Shown here piece by piece: positions 40,936 through 50,431 of a DNA stretch of 64,000 nucleotides (positions within the stretch are counted from its first letter, which is position 1; each line of letters opens with the position of its first letter). This DNA comes from Candidatus Eremiobacteria bacterium (GTDB lineage Bacteria; Vulcanimicrobiota; Vulcanimicrobiia; Vulcanimicrobiales; Vulcanimicrobiaceae), in the NCBI GenBank assembly GCA_963758295.1, contig CAVWUU010000001.1, positions 1 through 64,000 on the forward strand, read 5' to 3'. The translations under genes were made by a program, and so were the position numbers. Under the pieces are notes generated by a model. The model did not search any database. It was not told the origin of the DNA and worked only from the letters and a program-made list of their open reading frames with translations.

Positions 40936-42084
40936 CTACAATCCCATTAAGCGGGCGATCACCAGACGTTGAACTTCGTTGGTGCCTTCGCCGATTTCGT
41001 TGATCTTTTGATCGCGGTACATGCGCGAGACCGGATACTCGTCCATGAAGCCGTAGCCGCCGTGAATTTGCACGGCTTCGTTGACGACGCGGCGTGAAAC
41101 TTCGGCTGCGTAGAGCTTTGCAAGCGAAGCGGTTTGCACGTAATCGCGGCCATGGTCTTTCTCCCACGCGGCCTTCAGAATCATGAGCTTTGCGTGCTCG
41201 ATTTCGCACAGCATGTCGACGAGCTTGAATTGAATCGCTTGGAACTTGCTGATCGGGCTGCCGAACGCGCTGCGATCCTTAGAATACTGAAGGGCTTCGT
41301 CGTAGGCACCCATCGCGAGTCCAATCGAAAGCGCCGCGACCGAGATTCGGCCGCCGTCCAAGATGGTGAGGAATTGCTTGTAGCCCTCGCCTCGTGGTCC
41401 AAGCAAGTTTCCTTCGGGAACCGCCGCATCGTTGAAGCTCAGCTCGCGCGTGTCTGATGCGCGCCAGCCCATCTTCTTGTACTTCTTGCTACGCGAGAAA
41501 CCGGGCGTTTGCTGATCGACGATGATGTTCGAAATCTCGGTTCGGCCGTCCGGGCGCGTGCCGGTGGCCGCCGTGATCGTCGTGCCGCCGCTCATGTCGG
41601 TGCCTGAGTTGGTGATGAAAGCTTTCGTGCCGTTGATTACCCACTTGCCGTCTTTGAGCTGGGCCTTCGTTTGAACGTTGCCCGCGTCGCTGCCCGCATT
41701 GGGTTCGGTGAGGCCGAATCCCCACAGCATTTTTCCCTGCGCCAGAGGCACGAGGTACTTTTGCTTTTGCTCTTCCGTGCCGAAAAGATAAAAAGGCGTA
41801 GCCCCAAGCGACACGTGCGCAGCCATCGTAATAGCGGTGGACGCATCGGCTCGTGCGATTTCCATGACCGCCAGTGCATAGCTCACCGTATCGCCGCCGG
41901 CACCGCCATACTCTTCGGGGAACGGCAATCCCATAAAACCGAGCTCGGCCATCTTGGTCACGAGTTCGTAGGGGAATCGCTCCTCGCGGTCCATCTCCTC
42001 GGCACGCGGCTTCACTTCTTGTTGAGCGAACTCGCGAGCAAGGCTTTGAATCGCTTTCTGCTCGTCGGTCAAATCGAAATTCAT
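40936..42084 (-). CDS. Acyl-CoA dehydrogenase
   Basis: GLTEPNAGSD, INGTKAFITN, KMGWRASDT, QIHGGYG, IGEGTNE. Confidence 0.96.
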   Translation of the reverse strand: MNFDLTDEQKAIQSLAREFAQQEVKPRAEEMDREERFPYELVTKMAELGFMGLPFPEEYGGAGGDTVSYALAVMEIARADASTAITMAAHVSLGATPFYLFGTEEQKQKYLVPLAQGKMLWGFGLTEPNAGSDAGNVQTKAQLKDGKWVINGTKAFITNSGTDMSGGTTITAATGTRPDGRTEISNIIVDQQTPGFSRSKKYKKMGWRASDTRELSFNDAAVPEGNLLGPRGEGYKQFLTILDGGRISVAALSIGLAMGAYDEALQYSKDRSAFGSPISKFQAIQFKLVDMLCEIEHAKLMILKAAWEKDHGRDYVQTASLAKLYAAEVSRRVVNEAVQIHGGYGFMDEYPVSRMYRDQKINEIGEGTNEVQRLVIARLMGL

Positions 42085-42131
42085 AGCCCGGAGGTATAGC
42101 TCGTGCCCCTAAGAAAAACCCTTTTGCAGCG

Positions 42132-42842
42132 ATGATCTCTTTGCGTGGCGTCTCACTCGTGTATCCCAACGGTGTGCGCGCTCTCGACAATGTAAGTCTG
42201 GAGATCGGCAAGGGAGACTTTGTCTTCCTCGTGGGCCACTCCGGCACCGGGAAATCCAGCCTCCTCCGCCTCCTCTACCGCGAAACGATCCCGACGACGG
42301 GTGATATTACGGTAGACGGCATTCGCGTTGACAAGTTGAAGCGCGGGCGTGTCCCTGCGCTCCGCCGTCACCTCGGCGTCATCTATCAAGACTTCAAGCT
42401 CTTGAGCGAAAAGACGGTCTGGGAGAACGTTGCCTTCGCGATGCAAGTCACCGGCGCGCATACGAAGGACATTATGCGGCAAGTGCCGCGCGCGCTAGAT
42501 CTCGTCGGGCTCTCTCATAAGAGCCGCATGTTCCCGGGCGAACTCTCGGGCGGCGAACAACAGCGGACCGCCATTGCACGCGCGCTCGTTAACAATCCGA
42601 AGATTCTTCTCTGCGACGAGCCGACCGGCAACCTCGATCCGTCCAACACGACGGAAATCATGGAGCTTCTGCTCCGCATCAACTTAAAGGGCACGACCGT
42701 GATCGTTGCCACGCACAACCAAGCCGTCGTCGATCGCATGCGGCGTCGCGTCATTCGCATGGAAGACGGCAAGATCGTTACAGACGAAGAACGGGGCTAT
42801 TACTATCTTGGACTGGGGCAAGGTCAAGTTCTTTCTGGGTGA
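42132..42842 (+). CDS. ftsE: Cell division ATP-binding protein FtsE
   Basis: GHSGTGKS, QDFKLL, LSGGEQQR, DEPTGNLD; upstream of ftsX. Confidence 0.95.
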   Translation: MISLRGVSLVYPNGVRALDNVSLEIGKGDFVFLVGHSGTGKSSLLRLLYRETIPTTGDITVDGIRVDKLKRGRVPALRRHLGVIYQDFKLLSEKTVWENVAFAMQVTGAHTKDIMRQVPRALDLVGLSHKSRMFPGELSGGEQQRTAIARALVNNPKILLCDEPTGNLDPSNTTEIMELLLRINLKGTTVIVATHNQAVVDRMRRRVIRMEDGKIVTDEERGYYYLGLGQGQVLSG

Positions 42843-43689
42843 GGTGTTGCGCAATTTCACGCGCAACGCCGGGATGCAAGCGACGGCCATCGGAACCGTC
42901 GCCATCACCATCATCCTCCTCGGTGCCTTTCTCTTCATCCGCGCAACGCTCGCGGGATTAGGCAACGAAGTCCTCAATCAAATCGAAATCTCGGTCTATA
43001 TGGACACGAGTGCTTCAACGCAAGCTCTCGATTCCGCGCGGGCGACGATTTTGCACGATCCGCGCGTGATGTCGGTAGACTACGTTTCCAAGAAGCAGGG
43101 CCTCGTAGAGCTGCGCGATCGCACCCGCGGCATCATCGACACGTCGCTGCTTACGGAAAACCCGCTTCCAGATAAGCTTCGCGTGCGGGTAAAAGATCCC
43201 GCAAGCGTCACGAACGTCGCCGCGCAGATTCGCAAGATCAAAGGCGTCGGCAACGTCGTCTATCCGCAAACGATCGTCGAACGGCTGCTCCAGCTCGGCA
43301 ACGTGCTACGCCGCATCGGCCTCATCGTTATCGGCGTGTTCCTGCTCGTCGCGGGAATCATCATTTCGAATACAATCCGCTTGACCGTGTTCGCGCGCCG
43401 TCGCGAAATCTCGATCATGCAACTGGTCGGCGCGACCAACATGTACATCCGCGCGCCGTTCATCTGCGAAGGCTTCCTCGACGGACTGCTCGGTTCGCTG
43501 GCAGCCGTCATAGTGCTTGGAGTCGCCCGCACCGTTTTGTGGCCGAAACTGCTGATCGCTATTCCGTGGGTACAGCTCAACGCAACGACGGTCGACCTGC
43601 CCATCCTGATCGCGGAACTCTTCGTCGCAGGCGGCGCCATCGGCGTCATAGCGTCGTGGATTTCGGTCGGGCGGCACCTGCGGACGTAG
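42808..43689 (+). CDS. ftsX: Cell division permease FtsX
   Basis: ENPLP, ISNTIRLTVFARRREI.IMQLVGAT..YIRAPF. Confidence 0.95.
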   Translation: MDWGKVKFFLGEVLRNFTRNAGMQATAIGTVAITIILLGAFLFIRATLAGLGNEVLNQIEISVYMDTSASTQALDSARATILHDPRVMSVDYVSKKQGLVELRDRTRGIIDTSLLTENPLPDKLRVRVKDPASVTNVAAQIRKIKGVGNVVYPQTIVERLLQLGNVLRRIGLIVIGVFLLVAGIIISNTIRLTVFARRREISIMQLVGATNMYIRAPFICEGFLDGLLGSLAAVIVLGVARTVLWPKLLIAIPWVQLNATTVDLPILIAELFVAGGAIGVIASWISVGRHLRT

Positions 43690-44688
43690 ATGAGCTTTTT
43701 GCGGGTCGATATCGGCTTTGATGCGCTCGCTCACCTCATCTCGGACGGCATCGTCTTTGTCGGGCTAGATGAGCGCGTCGTCGCGTGGAGCGACGCCGCG
43801 GCGAGCATCACGGGAATCGGCGCCATTCAAGCAATCGGAAGAACTCTCGACGAGCTATTCGCGCATCTCGAGCCCGCATTGCAGTTCGCGGCCGTGCCTC
43901 AACCGGCGAAGCTGTGGACGCGCGACGAAAACCGCCGCGGCCTGCACGCGACGATTCTCTCCGTCGAAGACGGGTGGGTGCTCTCGTTCGGGCGGCAGCA
44001 ACAGTACGCGCAAATCGAAACGCTGCGAGCGGAAATCGTCGCCGCGGTTTCCCACGAGTTGAAAACACCCATCGCGACGATCAAAGCCTTTGCAACGACG
44101 ATGCGCGCGAACGCCGAGGCCGTCTGGACCGATCGCGACGAGTATCTCGGAACGATCGAAAAGGAAGCCGATCGTTTAGCGCACGCGGTCGACGACCTTC
44201 TGAGTGCCGGTCGCGTCGAGGTGGAACATCTGCCCGAGCACCGCGGCCGTTGTGAGGTCAACAGCGTCGTGGATGCCGCACTGGAACGCTTGGACTACTC
44301 GGCGCGTCCCCGCCTGATTCGCAAGGTGGACGGCGTGAGCATTACCGCAGATCCCGGCCAAATCAGTACCGCTTTGGCTCATGTAATCGAGAACGCGCTG
44401 AAGTTTTCTCCCGACACGTCCGAAGTAGTGGTCGAGGCCACGGGTGACGAGCGAAGCACGAAAGTGCGGGTCGTCGACCGCGGAATCGGCATTGCCGAGG
44501 AGCACATGCCCTATGTTTTCGATCGTTTCTACCGCGTCGATTCGCGGCTAACGGCAACCGCCGGCGGAAGCGGCCTCGGCCTCTACGTCGCGCGCTCCAT
44601 TGTGAAAGCGCACGGCGGCACAATCTCTATTGAAAGCAAACCCGGCGCCGGATGTGCCGTCACCCTCACCCTTCCGGTGCGCGAATGA
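43690..44688 (+). CDS. PAS-containing sensor histidine kinase
   Basis: VSHELKTP, ENALKFS, DRGIGI, FDRFYR, GSGLGL. Confidence 0.93.
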   Translation: MSFLRVDIGFDALAHLISDGIVFVGLDERVVAWSDAAASITGIGAIQAIGRTLDELFAHLEPALQFAAVPQPAKLWTRDENRRGLHATILSVEDGWVLSFGRQQQYAQIETLRAEIVAAVSHELKTPIATIKAFATTMRANAEAVWTDRDEYLGTIEKEADRLAHAVDDLLSAGRVEVEHLPEHRGRCEVNSVVDAALERLDYSARPRLIRKVDGVSITADPGQISTALAHVIENALKFSPDTSEVVVEATGDERSTKVRVVDRGIGIAEEHMPYVFDRFYRVDSRLTATAGGSGLGLYVARSIVKAHGGTISIESKPGAGCAVTLTLPVRE

Positions 44689-45641
44689 AGCAATTGAACG
44701 ACCAGGCTCAACACCGCGTCGTCGTCGTAGACGACGATCGCAACCTGCGGAAAATTATCGCGACGAACTTGGAACTCGCGGGGTTCTTCGTGGAAACCGC
44801 GGCCGACGGACACGAAGCACTCGAAAAAATCGAAGCGGTGATGCCGGACATCGTGCTGCTCGACTTGATGATGCCGTTCATGGACGGCTATGAAGTCGCG
44901 CGCCACATTCGCGGACATCAGAATCCGACGATCGCCAACGTTCCGATAATCATTCTCACCGCAAAAGGGGAGACGGAAGACAAACTTCGCGGATTTGAAG
45001 CCGGCGCGGACGACTACATCACCAAGCCGTTCGGTCCGCAAGAACTGCTTGCGCGCGTGCGCGCGAAAATCCGCCGGGTGGAAGTCGACTCGTCGCTCTC
45101 TCCGCTGACGCGCCTGCCGGGCAACCTCGCGATTGAAATGGAGCTGCGCCGCCGGCTCGATGCCGGGGATCCGTTCGCGGTGCTCTATCTCGACTTGGAC
45201 AACTTCAAAGCGTTCAACGACGTCTACGGCTTCACGCACGGTGACGAAGCCATTCAGATGCTCGCTCGCATCAGCGTCGATGCGGTGCGCCGTCGCGGAA
45301 CGATCAATGACTTCGTCGGCCACATCGGCGGTGACGACTTCATTATCGTTACAGAGAACGGCCGCGCCGAAGAGATGGCTCGCGAAATCATCGTTGAATT
45401 CGACCGTGACATTCGCTCCCTCTATTCGCCGAAAGATCTGCGCGCCGGCTACATCGAAACGCGCGATCGCCGGGGCGCTCTTAACCGCTATCCGATTATG
45501 ACGCTCTCAATCGCGATCGTGTCGAACGACAAGCGCCAGTTGACCAATTACGCGCGAGTCGGCGAAGCCGCCGCCGAACTGAAGCGCTTTGCGAAATCGA
45601 TCTCCGGTTCCGTATTCGTAAAGGACAAACGCCGCTCATGA
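44685..45641 (+). CDS. Response regulator with GGDEF-type domain
   Basis: Receiver domain (DDD, DLMMP, TA, KP) plus LTRLPGN, DLDNFK..ND.YG...GD, HIGGDDF. Confidence 0.92.
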   Translation: MKQLNDQAQHRVVVVDDDRNLRKIIATNLELAGFFVETAADGHEALEKIEAVMPDIVLLDLMMPFMDGYEVARHIRGHQNPTIANVPIIILTAKGETEDKLRGFEAGADDYITKPFGPQELLARVRAKIRRVEVDSSLSPLTRLPGNLAIEMELRRRLDAGDPFAVLYLDLDNFKAFNDVYGFTHGDEAIQMLARISVDAVRRRGTINDFVGHIGGDDFIIVTENGRAEEMAREIIVEFDRDIRSLYSPKDLRAGYIETRDRRGALNRYPIMTLSIAIVSNDKRQLTNYARVGEAAAELKRFAKSISGSVFVKDKRRS

Positions 45642-46851
45642 TTCTGCGCCGGACGCTTGCCGTCGTTCTAATTCTGCTGCGTCGCGCCAACGATGACGAT
45701 GGCGAAGACGCACAAGCCGACGTTGCAACAGCGCATCGAACTCGAGCGCGAGAAAAGCGAGGCGCTGCAGGCGCGCCTGCACGCGAAGCGGCAAGATCTC
45801 AACGCGGCAACGCTGCACGTCAACGATCTTCAATCGCAGCTGCACGAAACCAACGCTGCAATCGGGCAAGTGAACGCGCATCTCGACGATCTGTCGGTGC
45901 AGACGCGCTCCACGCAACGAAAGCTCGACTGGAACACGATTCAGCTCGACGCGGCGCCGGCGCAGCTTGAATCTGCACGATACGCTGTTGAAGAAACGCC
46001 TCGTAGACATTTACGAAAACGGCGACATGGGCTATGCGGCCGTGCTGCTTTCGGCGCGCTCGTTCAGCGAGTTTGTCGAACGCTGGGAAGACTTACGGCT
46101 GCTCATCGCTTCCAACGAAAAGGCTGTGCGCACTCGCAAGGCCGCCGAAGCGAAGGTCGCGTCCGTGCAGACCGCATTGCAGAGCGCGCAAGTGGAACTG
46201 GACCACGAACAGCAAGAGCAGCAACAAGCGCGCAGCCAGCTCGACGGTCTTGCAAAAGAGCGCGCTAACTTGGTCGCCATTGCAGACAACCAAAGGCAGC
46301 ACGTCGCGAGCGAAGTCAACGAAATCGAGAATCTGTCGGCCGCCGAAGAGTCGCAGCTCGAGGCGCTGATCCAAGAACGCCAGCGCGAGCTCGAGGCCGA
46401 AAGAGAGCAGGCACGCCGGGCGGCAGGCATCGCGGGCAATCCGATCCCCAAGAGCGAGGGAGCAAGCGGCGGGTTCAGCTGGCCTGTCTCCGGGACGATT
46501 ACATCGCCGTACGGCTATCGCGCGAATCCGTTCGGCGGCGCACCGGACTTCCACCCCGGCTTGGACATCGCGGCTCCGATGGGAACCACCGTCACGGCGG
46601 CCGCCTCGGGCACCGTCATCCTGGCACAGTGGTACGGCGGCTATGGCAATTTCGTGATGATCGATCACGGGGGCAGCATCTCCACCGGCTACGGCCACCT
46701 CTCGGCGATCTACGTCTCGGTCGGCCAGCAAGTTCAGCGCGGGCAGGCGATCGGCGCCGTGGGCAGTACCGGTCACTCGACCGGGCCGCATGTCCATTTT
46801 GAGATCCGCGTCAACGGCAAGCCCGTCGACCCGACTCCCCGGTTACATTAA
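45638..46851 (+). CDS. EnvC-like coiled-coil M23 peptidase/murein hydrolase activator (two frameshifts)
   Basis: Signal, long coiled coil, WPV.G.ITS, H.GLD, YGH, STGPH.HFE. Confidence 0.88.
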
Positions 46852-46915
46852 GAAATAGCAAGTATCTTATCGAGGGTAGAAACCTCGAGGGTACTTCGCC
46901 GGGTAGAGAGGATCA

Positions 46916-48328
46916 ATGACCGCTACATTCCGCGCGCTGCTTGCAGCGCTAATCGTCGTCGTTGTCGCCAGCGCCGGTGCGCTATACGTTGGATATCGCA
47001 ACGGCGTGCAAAGCGCGCGCGCGCACGACCTAGCCTTCAACGTTGCCACTACGGGCGACGTCAGTTCGTTATTTAACGGTCCGCAGGGGGAAGCGCAGCT
47101 TCTCGGCGTTGCGTTGCAGAAACTGGAAACGAACTACTATAAGCCGGTCGATCCTCAAGACACTATTCGCGGAGAAGAGAAAGCCCTCACCGATTTTCTT
47201 CACTCGAAGAAGATCGCGCATCCGACGCTTCCGAACGAAACCGCCGACGGCAATCCGCAAGAAGACAGCACGCGACTTGCAAGCGTTCTGACATACGCGC
47301 AATCGCACTACGCTTCGCAGTTGGGGCTTAACGCCGGAACGGATCTAACCGAAACGGCGCTGCGCGGCGTGATGGATTCCGTCAAAGATCCGTACACCGT
47401 TTATCTTTCCCCCCGCGAAATGCAGGGGCTTTCGGAATCGCTTTCCGGCGGAAACTTCGGCGGAATCGGCGTTTACATCTATCAGTTGAAGACGGGCGAA
47501 ATCGTGCTGCAGCCGATCGATGGCCTTCCGGCATCGCGTGCCGGCATGAAGCCCGGTGAAGTCGTAGACACCGTTGACGGCAAGTCGCTCAAAGGCGTGC
47601 CGATCGATTCCGTCGAGCGTTTGATTCGCGGCGAAGCCGGGTCCGCGGTCCGGATGACGACGCACATGTATAAGAAGAGCAACGAACGCCGCTATACCAT
47701 CGAGCGGGAAATCATTCACGTGCCCACCGTGCGCGCCAAGATCGAGAATGGTTACGACTACATCCGCCTTTCCGACTTCGGCGAAACGTCGGCGTCTGAA
47801 ATGAAGAAAGCGCTGCTCGACGGCAAAGCCAAGGGCGCCAAAGGCTACATCCTCGATCTCCGCGACAATGGCGGCGGCCTGGTAGATGCAGCGGTAAAAA
47901 TCTCGAGCTACTTCATTCCGCAAGGCGTCATCGTCTCCACGATCGACCGCATGGGCAACAAAGAATCGCAAGAAGCCGACGGCGACGCGATCGGCGGCTT
48001 GCAACCGCTCGTTATCTTGGTGAACAAATACACGGCCAGCGCCTCCGAGATCACCTCCGGCGCGCTCCAAGATTACCATTTGGCTAAACTGATCGGAACC
48101 AAGACCTTCGGAAAAGGTGTTGTCCAGAGCATCTACCCAATGCCCGACGACGGCGCCTTGAAGATCACGACGGCGAAATACGTAACGCCGCTCGGCCGCG
48201 ACATTCAGCACAAAGGCATCATGCCCGACGTCCTGGTCAACCAGAGCGTCGACCCGGCGTTGATCGATACGCCGGCCGACAAACAGCTTGCCGCCGCAAA
48301 GGCACAACTAAGCAAACTTCTACGTTAA
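46916..48328 (+). CDS. ctpA: S41 C-terminal processing peptidase (CtpA-like), copy 1
   Basis: DPYT, PDZ GIG, DLRDNGGG, TASASEI, TFGKG.VQ. Confidence 0.92.
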   Translation: MTATFRALLAALIVVVVASAGALYVGYRNGVQSARAHDLAFNVATTGDVSSLFNGPQGEAQLLGVALQKLETNYYKPVDPQDTIRGEEKALTDFLHSKKIAHPTLPNETADGNPQEDSTRLASVLTYAQSHYASQLGLNAGTDLTETALRGVMDSVKDPYTVYLSPREMQGLSESLSGGNFGGIGVYIYQLKTGEIVLQPIDGLPASRAGMKPGEVVDTVDGKSLKGVPIDSVERLIRGEAGSAVRMTTHMYKKSNERRYTIEREIIHVPTVRAKIENGYDYIRLSDFGETSASEMKKALLDGKAKGAKGYILDLRDNGGGLVDAAVKISSYFIPQGVIVSTIDRMGNKESQEADGDAIGGLQPLVILVNKYTASASEITSGALQDYHLAKLIGTKTFGKGVVQSIYPMPDDGALKITTAKYVTPLGRDIQHKGIMPDVLVNQSVDPALIDTPADKQLAAAKAQLSKLLR

Positions 48329-48336
48329 CAAGGCAG

Positions 48337-49698
48337 ATGAATAAAGCGCATTCGCTTCTCCTCGCGGCCCTTTTCGCCGTGACGCTGACTCAGATTCCTA
48401 CGGCTACTCCCGCCGCATCGCCCGATACGCTTCCCGCACTGGAAGCGAGCGAAATTCAGACGAGCTATCAAAATCTGACAACGGAGTTTTACAAGAAGGT
48501 CGACCCGCAAACGGTCCTGGACTCCGTTCACGATCAGCTCGCGGCGAAGCTAAAGCAAGCCGGCGTCGCGCGGGGCGTCGCACCACTTCACGCAACCGGC
48601 GCGCCCTCGACGAACGTTCGCACCATCGACGTCGCCGTTACGAACGCGCAACATGCGGCGGGATCGAAACTTTCCACGCGCGATCTCAGCTACGCCGCGA
48701 TCGCCGGCATAATGGATTCGGTGCACGACCGGTACACGGTTTTCTTAAACCCGAAAGACTTCGCCGACCTGAATCAAGGGTTGGACGGATCGGATTTCGG
48801 CGGAACCGGCATCGTGATTCAGGTCGACGACGCCACGAAGTACATCGATGTAAGCAACGTCGTCCCCGACGGTCCGGCCGATAAAGCGGGCATCCAGCAA
48901 GACGACGTCATCACCGCGATCGACGGCGTCAGCACCAAGGGCATGGCGATGGATAAAGCCAGCGCGCATCTCCGCGGCAAAGAAGGCACCGTTGTTTCGA
49001 TCCAGATTCAGCGCGACGGCAAAACGCTTTCGCCGATCAGCATCACCCGTGAGAAGATTCACCAGCTCAGTGTCTTCGAGAAGATGCTGCCGAACAAAAT
49101 CGGCTACGTCGCGTTGACGGTGTTCGGCCGCGACACCGGAAACGAGCTCGCGATCGCGCTCGATCGTCTGCAGCGGGACGGCGCGCGCGCCATCATTATG
49201 GATCTTCGCGAAAACGGTGGCGGCTATTTGGACGCAGCCGTAGCGGTGAGCTCCAAATTCATCTCTTCGGGCCCAATCGTCTCGATCGAATCGCGCGGCT
49301 CCAGCATCACGACGCGTGAAGCCGACGATACGGCAATCACGCCCGTGCCGCTAGCCGTGCTCGTGAACGGCCACACCGCTTCCGCGTCGGAAATCACCGC
49401 CGGAGCTATTCAGGATACCGGCGTTGGCACGATCATCGGCACGAAGACGTTCGGCAAAGGCGTCGTGCAGTCGATCTTCCCGCTGCCGGATAAATCCGCC
49501 GTGAAGATTACGACTGCCCGTTACCTCACGCCGCACAACCGCGACATCAATCACCTAGGCATCTTGCCGGACATCGTCATCACCGAAAACAAAGGCGCTC
49601 GTTTCGGCGACCCTTCCAAAGACGCGCAACTCAAACGCGCCGTCGACTACATCGACGACCGCGTCGCACACCTCGATGCCGACAACGGCAAAACGTAA
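48337..49698 (+). CDS. ctpA: S41 C-terminal processing peptidase (CtpA-like), copy 2
   Basis: DRYT, PDZ, DLRENGGG, TASASEI, TFGKG.VQ. Confidence 0.92.
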   Translation: MNKAHSLLLAALFAVTLTQIPTATPAASPDTLPALEASEIQTSYQNLTTEFYKKVDPQTVLDSVHDQLAAKLKQAGVARGVAPLHATGAPSTNVRTIDVAVTNAQHAAGSKLSTRDLSYAAIAGIMDSVHDRYTVFLNPKDFADLNQGLDGSDFGGTGIVIQVDDATKYIDVSNVVPDGPADKAGIQQDDVITAIDGVSTKGMAMDKASAHLRGKEGTVVSIQIQRDGKTLSPISITREKIHQLSVFEKMLPNKIGYVALTVFGRDTGNELAIALDRLQRDGARAIIMDLRENGGGYLDAAVAVSSKFISSGPIVSIESRGSSITTREADDTAITPVPLAVLVNGHTASASEITAGAIQDTGVGTIIGTKTFGKGVVQSIFPLPDKSAVKITTARYLTPHNRDINHLGILPDIVITENKGARFGDPSKDAQLKRAVDYIDDRVAHLDADNGKT

Positions 49699-49740
49699 AC
49701 ACACACGCGCGCACCTGGAAAGCGCCCGTAACCTACGCAA

Positions 49741-49767
49741 AAACGCCCGCCTCTTACGGCGGGCGTT
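49741..49767. terminator. Hairpin between convergent genes
   Basis: AACGCCCGCC / GGCGGGCGTT 10-bp stem. Confidence 0.65.
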
Positions 49768-49768
49768 C

Positions 49769-49790
49769 GTCATGCTGAGCTGTTCGAAGC
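49769..49790 (+). repeat. REP-like element GTCATGCTGAGCTGTTCGAAGC
   Basis: Similar to 17913-17932 and in the same position right after a hairpin. Confidence 0.5.
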
Positions 49791-49801
49791 GTAACGAGCG
49801 G

Positions 49802-50431
49802 CTAATCGAATAAAGCGTGTTCGATTTCGGCGAAAGAAGTGAAGGCATCGTGAGGCACCCCGCGTTGCGTGAGGTACGCTTCGAGCGCGCGTCCGGCTTT
49901 GGCGAAACGGCGGCCGGCGGCAAGCGACGCTTCGTAATCGGAAGGGCCGTCGCCGACGAAGACGGTTTGCGATCCACGCGCTTTTGCGGCGCAAACGTCG
50001 GCGGCTTTGTCATGGCCGTTGTCGGAGTCATCGCGGAATTCGAAGCGCCATCCCTCCGGCGACGCGTCGATGCCGTTTGCGAGAATAGCTACGCGTGAGA
50101 GGTTGTTCCGTTCGAAAGCGCGCTCGATGAGCGGCTGAACGCCGGACGACAACACGGTGAGCTTCGCGCCTTCGCGTTCGCAGCGCTCGACGAACGAAGC
50201 GAACGCCGGATCGAAGGCGGTTCTTTCGCGCAAGAGCGCGTCGGCTTCATCGAGCGAAGCGCGAACGCCCAAAGCTTGCGCGGAAAGCACTTCGCGTAAC
50301 GTCATGCTCCCCGCGTGCAGTTTCTCTTCGAGCTCGTCCCATCGGTGCGCGCCAACAAAGGCGCGTACCAGCACGTCAAACGTATCGAGATCCGTTATCG
50401 TCCCGTCGTAGTCGACGAAGACCTCGAGCAT
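49802..50431 (-). CDS. MtnX-like HAD-IB phosphatase
   Basis: DYDGTIT..D, LSSG, DK, VGDG.SD, FAK. Confidence 0.85.
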   Translation of the reverse strand: MLEVFVDYDGTITDLDTFDVLVRAFVGAHRWDELEEKLHAGSMTLREVLSAQALGVRASLDEADALLRERTAFDPAFASFVERCEREGAKLTVLSSGVQPLIERAFERNNLSRVAILANGIDASPEGWRFEFRDDSDNGHDKAADVCAAKARGSQTVFVGDGPSDYEASLAAGRRFAKAGRALEAYLTQRGVPHDAFTSFAEIEHALFD

